Positions 56,891-64,000 of a DNA stretch of 64,000 bases are shown here, piece after piece. The position numbers and the translations under genes are program-made. Positions within the stretch are counted from its first letter, which is position 1; each line of letters opens with the position of its first letter. Under the pieces are notes generated by a model. The model made no database searches, was not told the origin of the DNA, and worked only from the letters and a program-made list of their open reading frames with translations. Origin of the DNA: Patescibacteria group bacterium. Its GTDB lineage: Bacteria > Patescibacteriota > Patescibacteriia > SG8-24. The stretch is from NCBI GenBank assembly GCA_041667185.1, contig JBAYFM010000001.1, positions 32,052 through 96,051 of the forward strand, read 5' to 3'.

Positions 56891-59425
56891 ATGCAGGAAA
56901 ATATCATCATCCGCGGCGCTCGCGAGCATAACCTGAAGAACGTTTCCGTGACGCTGCCGCGCAACAAAATGATCGTCTTCACCGGTTTGTCGGGCTCCGG
57001 CAAGTCGTCTTTGGCGTTCGACACCATCTTCGCCGAAGGGCAGCGCCGCTACGTCGAGTCGCTGTCGGCCTACGCCCGCCAGTTCCTCGGCCAGATGAGC
57101 AAGCCGGATGTCGACGAGATCGAGGGCCTGTCGCCGGCCATCTGCATCGACCAGAAAGCGCATTCGGCCAATCCGCGCTCGACGGTCGCGACGATCACCG
57201 AGATCTACGATTACCTACGCGTGCTCTACGCGCGCATCGGCCGGCCGCACTGTCCGAGCTGCGACAAGCCGATCCGCAAGATGACGGCCGAGGAGATGGT
57301 CGACCTGATCGCCAAGGAAGCCGCCGAAGCCGCGGCCAAACTCGGACCGACGCCGCCGGAGGACGCCGAACTGCTGATCCTGGCGCCCTTGGCGCGCGGC
57401 CGGAAAGGGGAGTACCACCAGCAGCTGTACGATCTCTATAACAACGGCTTCTCGACCGTCCGCGTCAACGGCCGGCTGCGGTCGCTGCGGACGCGCCTCG
57501 TGCTCGATCGCAACATGCGGCACACGATCGAACTCGTGGTCGACCGTTTTGCCGTCAAGACGATCGCGGCCGGCGGCGCGGAGTTGCGCGCCCGGATCGC
57601 CGAGGCCGTCGAGATCGCGCTCAAGCACGGCAACGGCCTGGTCCAGGCGGTCCACTCCGACGGCGAGGAACGCCTGCTCTCGAGCGAGTTCAGCTGCGCG
57701 GATTGCGGGTTCTCTTTTCCGGAGATCGAGCCGCGGTTATTCTCATTCAACAGCCCTTACGGCGCCTGTCCGGCCTGCCACGGTCTCGGGGTCAAGGATT
57801 TTTTTTCGACCGACCTGTGCGAGGCCTGCGGCGGCGCGCGCCTGCGCAAGGAAAGCCAGTTCGTCCGCGTCGGCGGCAAGAGCATTGTCGAATTCGCGGC
57901 TCTGGATATCGGCCACGCGGCGGAATTCATCGTCGGACTCGGCCTCACGGAGCGCGAGACTGAGATCTCCGAGGTCATCCTGAAGGAGATCCGCGGCCGT
58001 CTCCGATTCCTGAACGACGTCGGCCTGCATTACGTCACCCTGAATCGCACGGCCGGCACGCTCTCGGGCGGCGAAGCCCAGCGCATCCGCCTCGCTTCGC
58101 AGATCGGTTCGAAACTCGTTGGCGCGCTCTACGTGCTCGACGAGCCGACCATCGGCCTGCACCAGCGCGACAACGAGCGGCTGCTCGCGACGCTCAAGGA
58201 GCTGCGCGACGCCGGCAACACTATCGTCGTCGTCGAACATGACGAGGACACCATCTTGGAAGCCGATTACCTGGTCGATTTCGGCCCCGGCGCCGGCAAG
58301 CACGGCGGCGAGATCGTCGCGGCCGGGACGCTTGCGGAGGTCCTGAAGAATCCGAAGTCACTCACGGCCCTGTATCTCACCGGCAAGCGGAGTATCCCGA
58401 CGCCGGCCGTCCGCCATACGAAGAACCGCGACTCCATCAAGATCCTCGGGGCTGCGGAGAACAACCTGCGGCACGTCGACGTCGAGGTGCCGCTGCGCCG
58501 CTTCGTCTGCGTTACGGGCGTCAGCGGTTCGGGCAAGAGCACGCTCGTGAATGAGATCCTTTATAACGAGCTCTCCAACCGCCTGAATCACACCCAGTAC
58601 CAGGTCGGCAAGCACCGCAAGATCCTCGGCCTCGAGTATCTCGACCGCGTCGCGCTCGTCGATCAGTCGCCGATCGGCCGCACGCCGCGCTCGAATCCGG
58701 CGACTTACACCGGCGCGTTCACTCATATCCGCGAGCTGTTCGCCGCCACCGAAGAAGCGCGGCTGCGCGGCTACCGCCCCGGCCGGTTCAGTTTCAACGT
58801 GCCTGGCGGTCGCTGCGAGAATTGCGAAGGCAACGGGACGCTCGCCATCGAGATGCATTTCCTGCCGACGGTCTACGTCACCTGCGACGTCTGTCGCGGC
58901 CGCCGCTTCGATCGCGAGACGCTGGAAGTCAAATTCCGCGGCAAGAACATCCATGAGGTGCTGGCCATGACCGTCGAAGAAGCGGATAAATTCTTCGAGG
59001 ATATCCCGTTCATCCACGACAAGTTTGGCGTGCTGAATCGCGTCGGCCTCGGTTATCTGGAGCTCGGCCAGGCGGCGACGACACTCTCGGGCGGCGAAGC
59101 CCAACGCATCAAACTGGGCTTCGAGCTGTCGAAGCGCTCCGCTGGCCGCACACTCTACCTCTTCGACGAACCGACGACCGGCCTGCACTACGAGGACATC
59201 CGCCGCCTGCTCGAGGTCCTGCACGAGCTCGTCGAGCGCGGTAATTCCGTCGTGGTCATCGAGCACAATCTCGACGTCATCAAGACTGCCGACCACATCA
59301 TCGATCTCGGCCCGGAGGGTGGTGACGGCGGCGGCCGGATCGTGGCCACGGGCACTCCCGAGGAGGTCGCCAAATACGGCGATTCGCATACGGCGAAATA
59401 TCTCAAGCGGACGCTGAAACTGTAA
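56891..59425 (+). CDS. uvrA: Excinuclease ABC subunit A (compact form, about 845 aa)
   Basis: Two ABC modules ([20 protein letters not shown]), LSGGEAQR signatures and zinc-finger Cys clusters. ATG 56891 is in frame with the long track ORF. Confidence 0.9.
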   Translation: MQENIIIRGAREHNLKNVSVTLPRNKMIVFTGLSGSGKSSLAFDTIFAEGQRRYVESLSAYARQFLGQMSKPDVDEIEGLSPAICIDQKAHSANPRSTVATITEIYDYLRVLYARIGRPHCPSCDKPIRKMTAEEMVDLIAKEAAEAAAKLGPTPPEDAELLILAPLARGRKGEYHQQLYDLYNNGFSTVRVNGRLRSLRTRLVLDRNMRHTIELVVDRFAVKTIAAGGAELRARIAEAVEIALKHGNGLVQAVHSDGEERLLSSEFSCADCGFSFPEIEPRLFSFNSPYGACPACHGLGVKDFFSTDLCEACGGARLRKESQFVRVGGKSIVEFAALDIGHAAEFIVGLGLTERETEISEVILKEIRGRLRFLNDVGLHYVTLNRTAGTLSGGEAQRIRLASQIGSKLVGALYVLDEPTIGLHQRDNERLLATLKELRDAGNTIVVVEHDEDTILEADYLVDFGPGAGKHGGEIVAAGTLAEVLKNPKSLTALYLTGKRSIPTPAVRHTKNRDSIKILGAAENNLRHVDVEVPLRRFVCVTGVSGSGKSTLVNEILYNELSNRLNHTQYQVGKHRKILGLEYLDRVALVDQSPIGRTPRSNPATYTGAFTHIRELFAATEEARLRGYRPGRFSFNVPGGRCENCEGNGTLAIEMHFLPTVYVTCDVCRGRRFDRETLEVKFRGKNIHEVLAMTVEEADKFFEDIPFIHDKFGVLNRVGLGYLELGQAATTLSGGEAQRIKLGFELSKRSAGRTLYLFDEPTTGLHYEDIRRLLEVLHELVERGNSVVVIEHNLDVIKTADHIIDLGPEGGDGGGRIVATGTPEEVAKYGDSHTAKYLKRTLKL

Positions 59426-59444
59426 GAGCCGCCAGCACCCGAAA

Positions 59445-59478
59445 TAAAAAAATCAGGCGCTCCGAGCGGAGCGCCTGT
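59445..59478. terminator. Bidirectional rho-independent terminator
   Basis: aaaaaaat-caggcgctc-cgag-cggagcgcctg. Confidence 0.55.
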
Positions 59479-59480
59479 TA

Positions 59481-60206
59481 TCAGTTATCCCGAAGGATCA
59501 GGTTTTCGAAGAGTTCGTCGATCTTTTCCGGCGCCGGCAGATTGCCGGCTTCGTGATCCAGTTTGTTGCGGCGCGGCAAGATCCGTTGCGCGACCACTGT
59601 GTCCGTGGCGACGGGGAAGCGTTTGACCGTGAACGTTGTGTCCGGCTGGTTGTCAGACCAGACGTCCGACCAGTCGTCTTCCGCCGCTGCGATGACCGTG
59701 ATCTCCGAGTCGTCGATATAGGTCGGTCCGTCGGCGGCGATGACTGGTCCGGCCGGCGATTCCGGAGGGATGATGACCCTCGGGTTCGTAAAGCTGGGCG
59801 CGGCGACGGGTTGGAAGGACGGTGCTCGGGACAGAGGTAATTGCCGGCGAACGTTGTCGCCAGCGGCATTTGTCGGCGCGTTTTTGACCGTTTGGCGAGC
59901 CTGCAAGGAGAGGATCCCCAGCGTGCGCCGGCTGGCTCCAGTCTCATACAACTCGAAACCCTCGCGTTCAGCCAGGTTCATCACGAGCTTGACGAGTACG
60001 GGAACCTGTATCACTTGTTCGAGGTTTTTCGAACTGGCCGCCTGGCGGATGCGCCGCACCAGTTCGCGGGCGCGCTGAAGCGCCCACATTCTTTTGCTGC
60101 GCTGGCGTCGTCGGATAACGGCGAGTACGACGCAAGTTCCGATGCTGACGAGCACCAGGAAGATCGCCATGACGGCGAGATGGCTCGGTGCTTTGTAAAG
60201 GAACAT
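59481..60206 (-). CDS. Membrane-anchored hypothetical protein with Pro-rich linker
   Basis: AGGAGG lies 9 nt before ATG 60206. N-terminal TM helix. No family. Confidence 0.4.
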   Translation of the reverse strand: MFLYKAPSHLAVMAIFLVLVSIGTCVVLAVIRRRQRSKRMWALQRARELVRRIRQAASSKNLEQVIQVPVLVKLVMNLAEREGFELYETGASRRTLGILSLQARQTVKNAPTNAAGDNVRRQLPLSRAPSFQPVAAPSFTNPRVIIPPESPAGPVIAADGPTYIDDSEITVIAAAEDDWSDVWSDNQPDTTFTVKRFPVATDTVVAQRILPRRNKLDHEAGNLPAPEKIDELFENLILRDN

Positions 60207-60423
60207 TTTGGTCACCCTCCTATGTCCGACATGGACGATATATTTAAGCCTAAATGGCGTCTTTTGTCAAGATGACGCCGCCAGTGTTGGTTGTTGCGGC
60301 CCGCGGCGGTCTTGCCGTCTGGGCCGGTTCATCCATCGTTTCGTGTTGAACCAGGCCGGTTTTCGTGGGAATATGGACTGATTCCGGCCTGAACCGGCGG
60401 TTCCAGTTCCAGTCGGACGACCT

Positions 60424-61707
60424 ATGGCGATACCCGACGATATCAAGATCAAGGGCGGCGAGCTGCCGGCTGTCCCCGGCGTTTACCTGATGAAAGGCGA
60501 ACGCGGACGGCTGCTTTATGTCGGCAAGGCGACCTCGCTCCGGTCGCGCGTTTCGAGTTACTTCGTCCGCCCGGCTGACGCCCGGATCGCCAAGATGGTC
60601 ACGCTCATCCGGCGCATTGATTATCTGCCGACGCCGACGACCATCGAAGCGTTGGTCCTGGAGTCGCGGCTCATCAAGAAATACCAGCCGCCGTATAACA
60701 TCCTGGAGAAGGACGACAAGAGCTACATCCACCTGGCTTTCACCCGCGAGCCGTTCCCACGGCCGGTCATGATCCGGGGACATGAACTCGCGCGCATGCC
60801 CAAGCGGCAGTTTTTGCGCGTCTTCGGACCGTTCGACAGCGCGAGCGACGTCCAGGCCGCGCTCGACGCGCTGCGCCGCGTGTTTCCCTGGACGCTTTGC
60901 CGCCCGGGCGCGAAGCGGCCGTGCTTTTATCGCCATCTCGGTTTGTGCCCTGGGGTCTGCACCGACGAGATCTCATCCCGCGATTACCGGCGCATCATCA
61001 GCCAGTTGTTCCTGTTCTTCGACGGACGCCGCAGCCGGGTGCTCGCCGAGATCGAACGCGCGATGCGGGTGGCGGCGGCCGCGGAAAATTACGAAGAGGC
61101 CGCCGCGCTGCGCAACCGCTTGCGCCAGCTCGGCCACATCCAGGATATCGCCGTCCTGCGCCGCCGCGACGCCGGTCTCGACCAGTTCGTCGACGCTTTC
61201 GGCCGCATCGAGGGTTATGATATTTCGAACATCGGCGGTCGGCAGGCGGTCGGCAGCTTAGTTGTCTTCGAGGACGGCCGGCCGCGCAAGACCGAGTATC
61301 GCCGCTTCATCGTCCGGACGGAGCGGGACGCCGGCGATGTCGCCATGCTCGCAGAAGTGCTTGAACGCCGCTTCCGCCATGCGCCGCCGCGGCGAGGCGG
61401 GGGAGCGGGCGCGCCTCGCGGACGCTGGCCGCTGCCGGATCTGATGCTCGTTGACGGCGGTGCCGCGCAGGTCGCCGCCGCCCGCCGGGTGCTCAAACGC
61501 CATCGGCTCGATCTGCCGGTCATCGGCGTCGCCAAAGGCCCGGATCGCAAGCGCGACGAGCTGATCTACGACCACGGCGACCACGAACTGGCGCGTCTCG
61601 CGGCCGCGGTGCGGCCGCTCTTCCAGCGCGTCCGCGATGAAGCGCATCGTTTCGCTATCACGTTCCATCGCCGTCGCCGCGCCAAGGAATTTCTGCCGGC
61701 CGTATGA
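60424..61707 (+). CDS. uvrC: Excinuclease ABC subunit C (short, 427 aa; lacks C-terminal HhH region)
   Basis: GIY-YIG (PGVYLMKGERGRLLYVGKATSLRSRVSSYF), a UVR domain (AENYEEAAALRNRLRQL) and part of the endonuclease domain. Confidence 0.75.
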   Translation: MAIPDDIKIKGGELPAVPGVYLMKGERGRLLYVGKATSLRSRVSSYFVRPADARIAKMVTLIRRIDYLPTPTTIEALVLESRLIKKYQPPYNILEKDDKSYIHLAFTREPFPRPVMIRGHELARMPKRQFLRVFGPFDSASDVQAALDALRRVFPWTLCRPGAKRPCFYRHLGLCPGVCTDEISSRDYRRIISQLFLFFDGRRSRVLAEIERAMRVAAAAENYEEAAALRNRLRQLGHIQDIAVLRRRDAGLDQFVDAFGRIEGYDISNIGGRQAVGSLVVFEDGRPRKTEYRRFIVRTERDAGDVAMLAEVLERRFRHAPPRRGGGAGAPRGRWPLPDLMLVDGGAAQVAAARRVLKRHRLDLPVIGVAKGPDRKRDELIYDHGDHELARLAAAVRPLFQRVRDEAHRFAITFHRRRRAKEFLPAV

Positions 61708-62900
61708 AGATCTTCACGTTCCAACGCCGCTCGTCGGTCGTCCTGGCCGCGCTCATGATTATGTGGATCGCGGGTTTCAATCTGTTCCTGTCGTCGCCCA
61801 ATCGCCATTTCGTCTGGCTGGCCAATTCCTTCGCCGCCGGCCGTCTGGATATCCCGGCGGAGAAGCTCGGGGAGGCGGGGATGACCGATATCGTGATGAA
61901 GGATGGTCGTTTCTACTGGCCGCTCGAACCGCTGCCGGCCGTGCTCATGATGCCGCTCACCCCTTTCGTCGCTGAAGAAAATCTGCAGCAGGTCGCGCAG
62001 ATCCTGGCGTCTTTGGCACTGCTCGGCTTGGCGTTCCTGCTCGCGCGGCGTCTCCGCTTCAACGACGATGACGCCGTTCTTTTCGCTTGTCTCTTCGGTT
62101 TCGGTTCCATGACCATCGGCGTCATCTCGATCAACGGACCCTGGTATCTCGGCAATACTGTGGCCGCTGTTTTCGTGCTCGCGGCCGTGCTGGAGACACG
62201 CGGCCGGAATCGCCCCTGGCTCGTCGGCCTCCTGGCTGGCCTGGCCGGACTCTCCCGCCTCACGGCCGGGATCGGAGCTTTCTATTTCATCCTGCTCGAA
62301 CTCCTGGCCCGCCGCGGCCGTCGCGAAAAACTGCGCCGTCTGGCCTGGCTCGCCTTGCCGGCTCTCGCGGCGATCACGCTCGCCGCGGCCTACAATTATG
62401 GCCGTTTCGGCGGCTGGTTCGATACCGGCCACAAGGACCATTTCCTGTTGCCAGCTGGCCGCGAGGCCTGGCACGTGGCTCGCTACGGCTTATTCAACGC
62501 CGTTTATTTCCTGCGCAATTTTTATTTTTATTTCCTGAAGCTGCCGGAACTCTACGGCTGGCTGCCGCTGGTCCATCCTTACGGGGTCAGTGTTTTTGTG
62601 GTCGCTCCGGTCTTTCTGTACGCCTGGACAGCTGATCGCCGCCGGCCGGAATTCATCGCCGCCCTCGTCGCTTCGCTCGCACCGTTCGCCGTCTACCTGA
62701 CGTATTTCACCACTGGTTTCTGGCAGTTCGGTCCGCGCTACGTGTTGGATATCCTGCCGTACTGGTTTTTATTAGTGCTCTTGTCCTTCGAAAAGTCAGG
62801 CTTGCGGCAGCGCCATCGCTTGATGATCATGGCGAGCGCCGCGCTGAACTGCGTCCTGTTCGTCATCTTCCTGCTCCACTACGATCTGAAAGTCATTTGA
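61704..62900 (+). CDS. Polytopic membrane protein, GT-C-fold glycosyltransferase-like (PMT/ArnT-like)
   Basis: About 11 TM helices. N-terminal loop has a DI..E-type motif (GRLDIPAEK). Overlaps the uvrC stop. Confidence 0.4.
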   Translation: MKIFTFQRRSSVVLAALMIMWIAGFNLFLSSPNRHFVWLANSFAAGRLDIPAEKLGEAGMTDIVMKDGRFYWPLEPLPAVLMMPLTPFVAEENLQQVAQILASLALLGLAFLLARRLRFNDDDAVLFACLFGFGSMTIGVISINGPWYLGNTVAAVFVLAAVLETRGRNRPWLVGLLAGLAGLSRLTAGIGAFYFILLELLARRGRREKLRRLAWLALPALAAITLAAAYNYGRFGGWFDTGHKDHFLLPAGREAWHVARYGLFNAVYFLRNFYFYFLKLPELYGWLPLVHPYGVSVFVVAPVFLYAWTADRRRPEFIAALVASLAPFAVYLTYFTTGFWQFGPRYVLDILPYWFLLVLLSFEKSGLRQRHRLMIMASAALNCVLFVIFLLHYDLKVI

Positions 62901-62910
62901 ACGCGCCTGT

Positions 62911-63372
62911 ATGTTTCTCATCGCCCATGCCGCGATCGGCGCCGCTGTCGCGCCACTGACCGGTTCGCCGCTGCCGGCTTTTTTTCTCGGCTGGCTCACG
63001 CATTATCTTGCTGACGCCGTGCCGCACGGCGATGAGAGCCTCGGTCGCTGGGCCACGGCCCGCGACGGGATCAGACGTTTCGTTTTTTTAGCTGGCGTGG
63101 ATTTCCTGCTCGTCGCCGCGATTCTCGCGATCGTTTTTGTCGCGCGCGGTTTTGACTGGACGATCCTGGCCGGAGCCGTCGGCGCCACGGTGCCGGATTT
63201 CATGTGGGGTCTGGAAAAGACTTTCCAGCGCCGCCTGTTCGGGCCATTTCAAGATTGGCACGGGTTGGCGCACGGGATCATCAAGAAAAAAATTCCGACC
63301 GCCGCCGGCCTCGCGCTGCAATTTCTTGTCGCGGCGGCGTCATGGTTTTGGGTCGCGGGAGCGGGAAGGTGA
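62911..63372 (+). CDS. Small membrane protein (possible DUF457-like metal-dependent hydrolase)
   Basis: LTHYLADAVPHGDE and a later His motif in a 4-TM protein. A terminator follows at 63412-63445. Confidence 0.35.
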   Translation: MFLIAHAAIGAAVAPLTGSPLPAFFLGWLTHYLADAVPHGDESLGRWATARDGIRRFVFLAGVDFLLVAAILAIVFVARGFDWTILAGAVGATVPDFMWGLEKTFQRRLFGPFQDWHGLAHGIIKKKIPTAAGLALQFLVAAASWFWVAGAGR

Positions 63373-63519
63373 ACGGAGCGGGGGAGAGATAAAATCCTGA
63401 ATATTCGCTGATGCGGAGGCTGTCCGGCCTCTGTATTTATTTTAGCTATTTTTCAATAGTCTTTACCTTGCGCTTCGGGATTTAAGGATTTCCACAACCT
63501 CGACTCCTCATCTGGTTGC

Positions 63520-63580
63520 GTGGGGAATATTGGTGTATACTAGAACTAAGGTGGTTTAAAGTGGGGATAAGTGGGGATAA
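63520..63580 (+). promoter_or_regulatory. mra promoter region with GTGGGG direct repeats (candidate MraZ boxes)
   Basis: GTGGGG at 63520, 63561 and 63571, plus a degenerate GTGGTT at 63551. The last three are spaced 10 bp apart. An extended -10 gtgTATACT is at 63531-63539. Confidence 0.5.
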
Positions 63581-63645
63581 GAAGGAATAAAAGCAGCTGT
63601 GGATAAAAACTTTTAAGCACGGCTGCTGCACAAAAATCCAAAACC

Positions 63646-64000
63646 ATGTTCATCGGCGAATATCAGCACACTATCGATGAAAAAGGGCGGCTGGCCATTC
63701 CGGTCAAATTTCGCGCTGAACTTCGCAAAGGCGCGGTCGTGACCAAGGGGCTTGATAGCTGCCTTTTTGTGTACTCGCTCGCCGAATGGAAGAAGCTGGC
63801 CGCGAAGGTCGCGAGCCTGCCGTTCAGCCAGGCCGATAACCGCGCTTTCTCCCGCCAGATCCTCGGCGGCGCCATGGATGCCGAACTGGATGCTCAGGGG
63901 CGGGTGATCCTGCCGGAATATCTTCGCCGTTTCGCCGGTCTCGCCAAGGACACCGTGATCACCGGGCTCTACGATCGCCTGGAGATCTGGGACAAGGCCG
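63646..64000 (+). CDS. mraZ: Transcriptional regulator MraZ (3' end beyond window)
   Basis: MFIGEYQHTIDEKGRLAIPVKFR...GRVILPEYLRRFAGL: the duplicated MraZ/SpoVT-AbrB-like motif. No stop before the window end. Confidence 0.8.
   Translation, partial: MFIGEYQHTIDEKGRLAIPVKFRAELRKGAVVTKGLDSCLFVYSLAEWKKLAAKVASLPFSQADNRAFSRQILGGAMDAELDAQGRVILPEYLRRFAGLAKDTVITGLYDRLEIWDKA

Overview
This is a high-GC bacterial chromosomal window (above 60% GC by eye) with dense, mostly short genes, clean rho-independent terminators and sigma70-like promoters. The many antisense ORFs in the supplied track look like artefacts of GC-rich DNA. The gene content (nucleotide salvage, short UvrA and UvrC, small proteins) suggests an uncultivated, possibly CPR/Patescibacteria-like lineage; that is inference only.

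In order along the window:
- Two tandem TrmB-family regulators in an AT-rich patch, then a Mur-ligase family protein, a PH-domain membrane protein, an FtsB-like protein and a parvulin PPIase.
- A tRNA-Thr(CGT)/tRNA-Gly(CCC) locus preceded by a tandem array of tRNA-Thr 3'-end fragments embedded in hairpin-rich ~190-bp units.
- ftsE and ftsX, then tRNA-Gln(TTG) with a 72-bp direct repeat of its own 3' end.
- An ArsR / ArsR-PAS regulator pair.
- A nucleotide-salvage neighbourhood: dGTPase-like HD hydrolase, purine nucleoside phosphorylase, a zincin-like protein and a CYTH-AAA fusion.
- A P-type cation ATPase, a DEAD-box helicase, and a murein-peptide recycling pair (M14-type carboxypeptidase plus an S66 LD-carboxypeptidase).
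- tgt and queA, then an APC permease fused to tandem UspA domains.
- A four-gene soluble [NiFe] hydrogenase operon: ferredoxin, FAD/NAD(P) oxidoreductase, NuoB-like small subunit and large subunit. It is followed by a Fur-box-controlled fur-like/peroxiredoxin/cytochrome-b5 operon and a convergent hydrogenase maturation endopeptidase.
- A four-helix-bundle (TIGR02436-type) gene flanked by inverted copies of a dispersed MITE-like repeat. That repeat recurs at six loci in the window.
- Class II (B12-dependent) ribonucleotide reductase, an archease-like protein, a phosphoribosyltransferase, an L,D-transpeptidase, acylphosphatase, a PEBP protein, a DsbA-like protein, typA, a rhodanese-like protein, a GH1 beta-glucosidase and a beta-CASP MBL ribonuclease.
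- An AT-rich small PD-(D/E)xK-like gene overlapping the ribonuclease stop codon, then a prolyl oligopeptidase.
- A uvrB / (two small genes) / uvrA / (hypothetical) / uvrC cluster, a GT-C-like membrane protein, and the start of mraZ preceded by GTGGGG direct repeats.
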